Origin: Nitrosopumilus sp. | GTDB lineage: Archaea; Thermoproteota; Nitrososphaeria; Nitrososphaerales; Nitrosopumilaceae | Reading direction: 5' to 3' | DNA: 64,000 nucleotides | NCBI GenBank assembly: GCA_965238275.1 | Contig: OZ250186.1 | Span: 992,001 to 1,056,000 of the forward strand | Shown here: piece after piece, positions 60,701 through 64,000 of the stretch | Layout: every line of letters begins with the position of its first letter | Position numbering within the stretch: position 1 is the stretch's first letter | Translations under genes and position numbers: made by a program | The notes under the pieces: model-generated | The model's database searches: none | What the model was told of the DNA's origin: nothing | The model's input: only the letters and a program-made list of their open reading frames with translations

Positions 60701-62421
60701 TTCAAGAAGAGAACGCATTCACCTTGGCCGAACATTTCCAGAATCTTGCAGCAGTTCGAGAACATAACGCCGACCCAAACAACGCAAATGACCAGCAAGT
60801 TGAACCAGACAAGCCTGAACTCCGAAAGGAGGTTTCACTGACAACTCAGGGCTGTATCCTACAGGGAGACATTCTCCACGTGATATACAACGACCCGTCT
60901 GACGCATCCGGCAGTTCAAACACGGTAACTGACTCTGCAACATTCGACCTGAGAAACGGCGTACTCCAAGTTGACAAGCCGGGCACAACCGGCTACGTCA
61001 TCGGAACCGACATGATAGTGACGCTCATCGAGCAAGACCTCAACCTTGACAGCGCCGCCACAGAGACATACACCCTTGACCTGATAGAATGGGACTCTTC
61101 TGGAGGCACGGAACCGCTTAGCAACAGCGTGTTCGGCGCGACGCCATCCAACCTGCTTGAAACCGGTACCGATACCGGAATCTTCCAGGTCGTGATTAGC
61201 GTTCCACCTGAGATAGACGACCCCCTCGAAAGAGGTGAGGAGATCACCCTGACGTACAACGACTGGGGACCATCTGGCTCTGACCATGTCGGAGACAAGG
61301 ACGAGGAGATAACTGAGACTGCATACACATCCAACTTTGGCGCGTCAATCGAGCTGGACCAGAAGGTCTATACTTGGACTGACAAGGTCTACATAACCAT
61401 AGTCGCACCAGACCACAACTTCGATGCAGACCAGGTTGACGAGATAGGCGGCGACAATACGAACTACCCAATCAACATAAAGACGCAAGAAGCCGATATT
61501 GAGGGATACAAACTTGTCGAGACGGGTGCCGATACCGGCATCTTTAGCGGCGAGTTAATCCTGATTGGAGTTGCAAACGATGACCTTGACAAGGATCTTG
61601 AAGAATCTGGAGGAGCCGGACCAACTGACGGCCGCCTAGCGGCTGAGGACAGCGACGGGCTTGCAATAATCTTTGAGAACTCTGACGGCGACATAGTACG
61701 CGCCTCTGCAATAATCCAGTGGAACGTAGGCGAAGTCGAGTGGCTCGAGGCAAGTTATCCTGCACTCGGATCAGGAATAGTGAGGGTCATTGATCCTGAC
61801 ATGAACCTGAACCCGGAGGCAGTCGACAACTTTGATGTCAATGTCTGGTCAGACTCTGACGTAGGCGGAATCAGCCTTACCGTTACTGAGACCAACGCTG
61901 CAACCGGCATCTTTGAAGGCACAGTCTTCTTTGATGACGATTCCATCAGCAGCGGTCACAGGCTCAACGTGGAAGAAGGAGATACCGTAGTAGCAGAGTA
62001 CGACGACGTAACCTCACCGATAGAAGACGAGACCTCGGTTTCGGCAACCACTCTGATCGGCACGATAGTGCCGCCACTGGAGAGGGCGCCAATCAACAAC
62101 CTGAGGGCAGTCGACACGTTTGACAACAGCATCGGCGTAGCATCCGTTGGCCAACAAGTGGTCATATCTGCCGACCTGTCAAACGGCCAGGACAGGGATC
62201 AGAAGTTTATCTTCCTGATACAGGTCCAGGATGAAAACGGCGTCACAGTCTCGCTCAACTGGGTACTGGGAACGCTGGCCGCAGGCCAGTCATTCAGTCC
62301 GGGAGCATCATGGAACCCGACAGAGGCAGGCACGTATGACGTGACTGCGTTCGTTTGGGAATCCATCGACAACCCGACAGCACTCTCACCAACCGCAACG
62401 ATAGCATTAACTGTAAATTAG
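57785..62421 (+). CDS. Thaumarchaeal S-layer-type large surface protein, interrupted by two +1 frameshifts (about 59140 and about 59590)
   Basis: RKLTSIALMTIMVAGG signal; repeated ETG.DTGIF, D.D.N.D and ELDQKVYTWTDKVYITIVAPDHN; C-terminal VPPLERAP...VWESIDNPTALSP. Confidence 0.88.
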
Positions 62422-62435
62422 AAAACACACACCCC

Positions 62436-62453
62436 TTTTCTTTTTTTTATTTT
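62436..62453 (+). terminator. Oligo-T archaeal terminator after the S-layer gene
   Basis: TTTTCTTTTTTTTATTTT 15 nt after the stop codon. Confidence 0.6.
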
Positions 62454-62475
62454 GAATACGGCCTAACGTGGGTTA

Positions 62476-62522
62476 TGCATGCGTGCCTGCATGCGTGCCT
62501 GCATGCGTGCCTGCATGCGTGC
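62476..62522. repeat. 12-bp tandem repeat TGCATGCGTGCC, about 4 copies
   Basis: Directly visible. Confidence 0.9.
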
Positions 62523-62539
62523 AATGATCCATTACTTGC

Positions 62540-63634
62540 GTGATTGTAAAGACCATAAAGTACGTGACAGTCAGGCACTGGTGCAGGGACTGCAAGAAAC
62601 AGGTCTCTGCCAAGCCGCCCGAAACTGCTCCGCACGCCCGCTACGGCGCCAACGTCGGCGCCGTGCTCAACTTTTTAAACATGTCCGGGCTGTCCCACGC
62701 AAGATCCGTCGAATTCGCAGGCGACGCGCTTGGCACGCCCGTGTCCTGCTCGTCTGCATACAGGAACAAGATAAGCAGGGCCAGACAGATGGCCCCGGAA
62801 CGCGACGCCGTGAGGGAAGAGATCCTAAAGGAGCCGCACCTGGGGGCCGACGAGTTCCACTGGCCACTGGAAGGTGGCAGGCGCGGCTACGGCGTGGTCG
62901 CACTCGGCAAGAGATCGTGCCTGGTGGAAATAGTAGACTCCCGCAAGATAAAGACCATCAAGGGCGTGCTGCCAGGCTACGGGGGAACCCTCACGCAGGA
63001 CTCGTACCCGGCGTGGCTCCATGTCGGGTCGGCCCGCCAAATGTGCGTGGTCCACCAGGAGCGCCTGGTGCAGAAGGATCTGGAGTGGAACCCAGGCGGG
63101 GACGTGGCCGAATTCTTGGCCGGGCTGTCTGCCGTGCACAAAAAGATCTACCGCGCTTGGCGCGTCAAGGACCCGCATTCCAGGGAAGTGGCAGCTGACT
63201 GCATAGACTCGGAACTAACGGGGCTGTTTGCCGCCCCGTACAAAGACGACAAGTACGGCACCATCGCCAAATACCGCAAGCGGCGCTACCGCGAGGGGTA
63301 CTACATGACAACCTGCCTGCGGATCCCGGGCATCAGTCCGGACAACAACGCGGTGGAGAGGGCCAACCGAAGGTTTGTCTCGGTGAGGAATGACGGCGGG
63401 GGCAACCGGTCCCGGAAGGGCATGGACGCAAATTCCGTGCTGTTCACCTTGCTGGCCACTGACCGCGTCCGGGGGGAAAAGTTCTTCGACCACCTGGTGC
63501 GTTCCGCGTCCGGCGACGGCTGACAACGGAGCCTGCGTCACCATTTATCCGGCACGATCCGCGCTCTCGGATGGGGAGACTGCGCGAGTATAGGCGCGCA
63601 AAGCCAGCGGAACTTCAAAAAGCGAATCACTTAC
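62540..63634 (+). mobile_element. 5'-truncated IS66-family element (transposase 62540-63523 plus right TIR)
   Basis: CRDC, GADE, TQDSY, DNNAVERANR and C-terminal SASGDG resemble the 39-kb copy; TIR AACTTCAAAAAGCGAATCACTTAC at 63611-63634. Confidence 0.88.
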
Positions 63635-64000
63635 CTTTTTTCCATATACTTTCCAGTCACCCACAATGGGTGCATTCTCAAAAGTCAGCGTGCGTGTTAT
63701 GTCTCCCCTGCACACAAAATTACATATGGGATGTTGCTGTCCGTCAGGAGATTCAAGATAATAATATGCATATCTGCTACTGGTTGATGGATTTAGTGAC
63801 ATTTTAACAACGACTGTTGTGGCTACCGTGGTGGTTTTTTGCAAATCAATTTCCTCCTCAAACAATCCCGTGCCGGTAAAATGCACGTCGTGGTCGCTCG
63901 TATTCAAGGTAATATTGCCATTGACTTCGAGTGGTAAATCTATCTGCGAGCTCGTGCCTGCATGCGGTCCAAACAGATAATGACGCGTAAATGACTTTGT
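63635..64000 (-). pseudogene. Partial gene entering from beyond the window and cut by the IS66 end; proprotein-convertase P-domain-like
   Basis: Frame is open from 64000; LESPDG...TFENAPIVGDWKV pattern, then runs into the IS TIR. Confidence 0.5.

Overview
Archaeal chromosomal window from an ammonia-oxidiser-like thaumarchaeon (Nitrosopumilaceae-type). The assignment rests on eukaryote-type topoisomerase IB, Topo VI, RadA, a TFE-beta/RPC34-like protein, fibrillarin/Nop5, proteasome alpha, an S-layer protein and an intron-containing tRNA-Met. The high IS load and repeat expansions would fit a host-associated lineage, but that is inference. Most of the window is housekeeping genes with scattered mobile DNA. 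The most striking element is 16928-18446: an intact-looking TnpB-family RNA-guided nuclease gene bounded by 27-bp terminal inverted repeats with TA at both ends, as in IS630/Tc1-mariner, with no transposase and no canonical IS200/IS605 or IS607 partner. Other mobile DNA: a 60-bp mini-element present twice, each copy with its own target duplication; a complete IS66-type element (24-bp TIRs, perfect 8-bp TSD) carrying a divergent AbrB-like gene; a second, truncated IS66; IS3 and ISH3-like relics; and a RelE-like toxin gene containing a short piece homologous to the ISH3-like transposase. Several DNA-handling proteins (Top6A, TFE-beta, TopoIB, RadA) carry Lys-rich or other low-complexity repeat expansions, and trinucleotide microsatellites recur. 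The S-layer gene looks mosaic and has two frameshifts. Some frameshifts may be sequencing or assembly errors. All calls come from reading motifs by eye; no database search was run.
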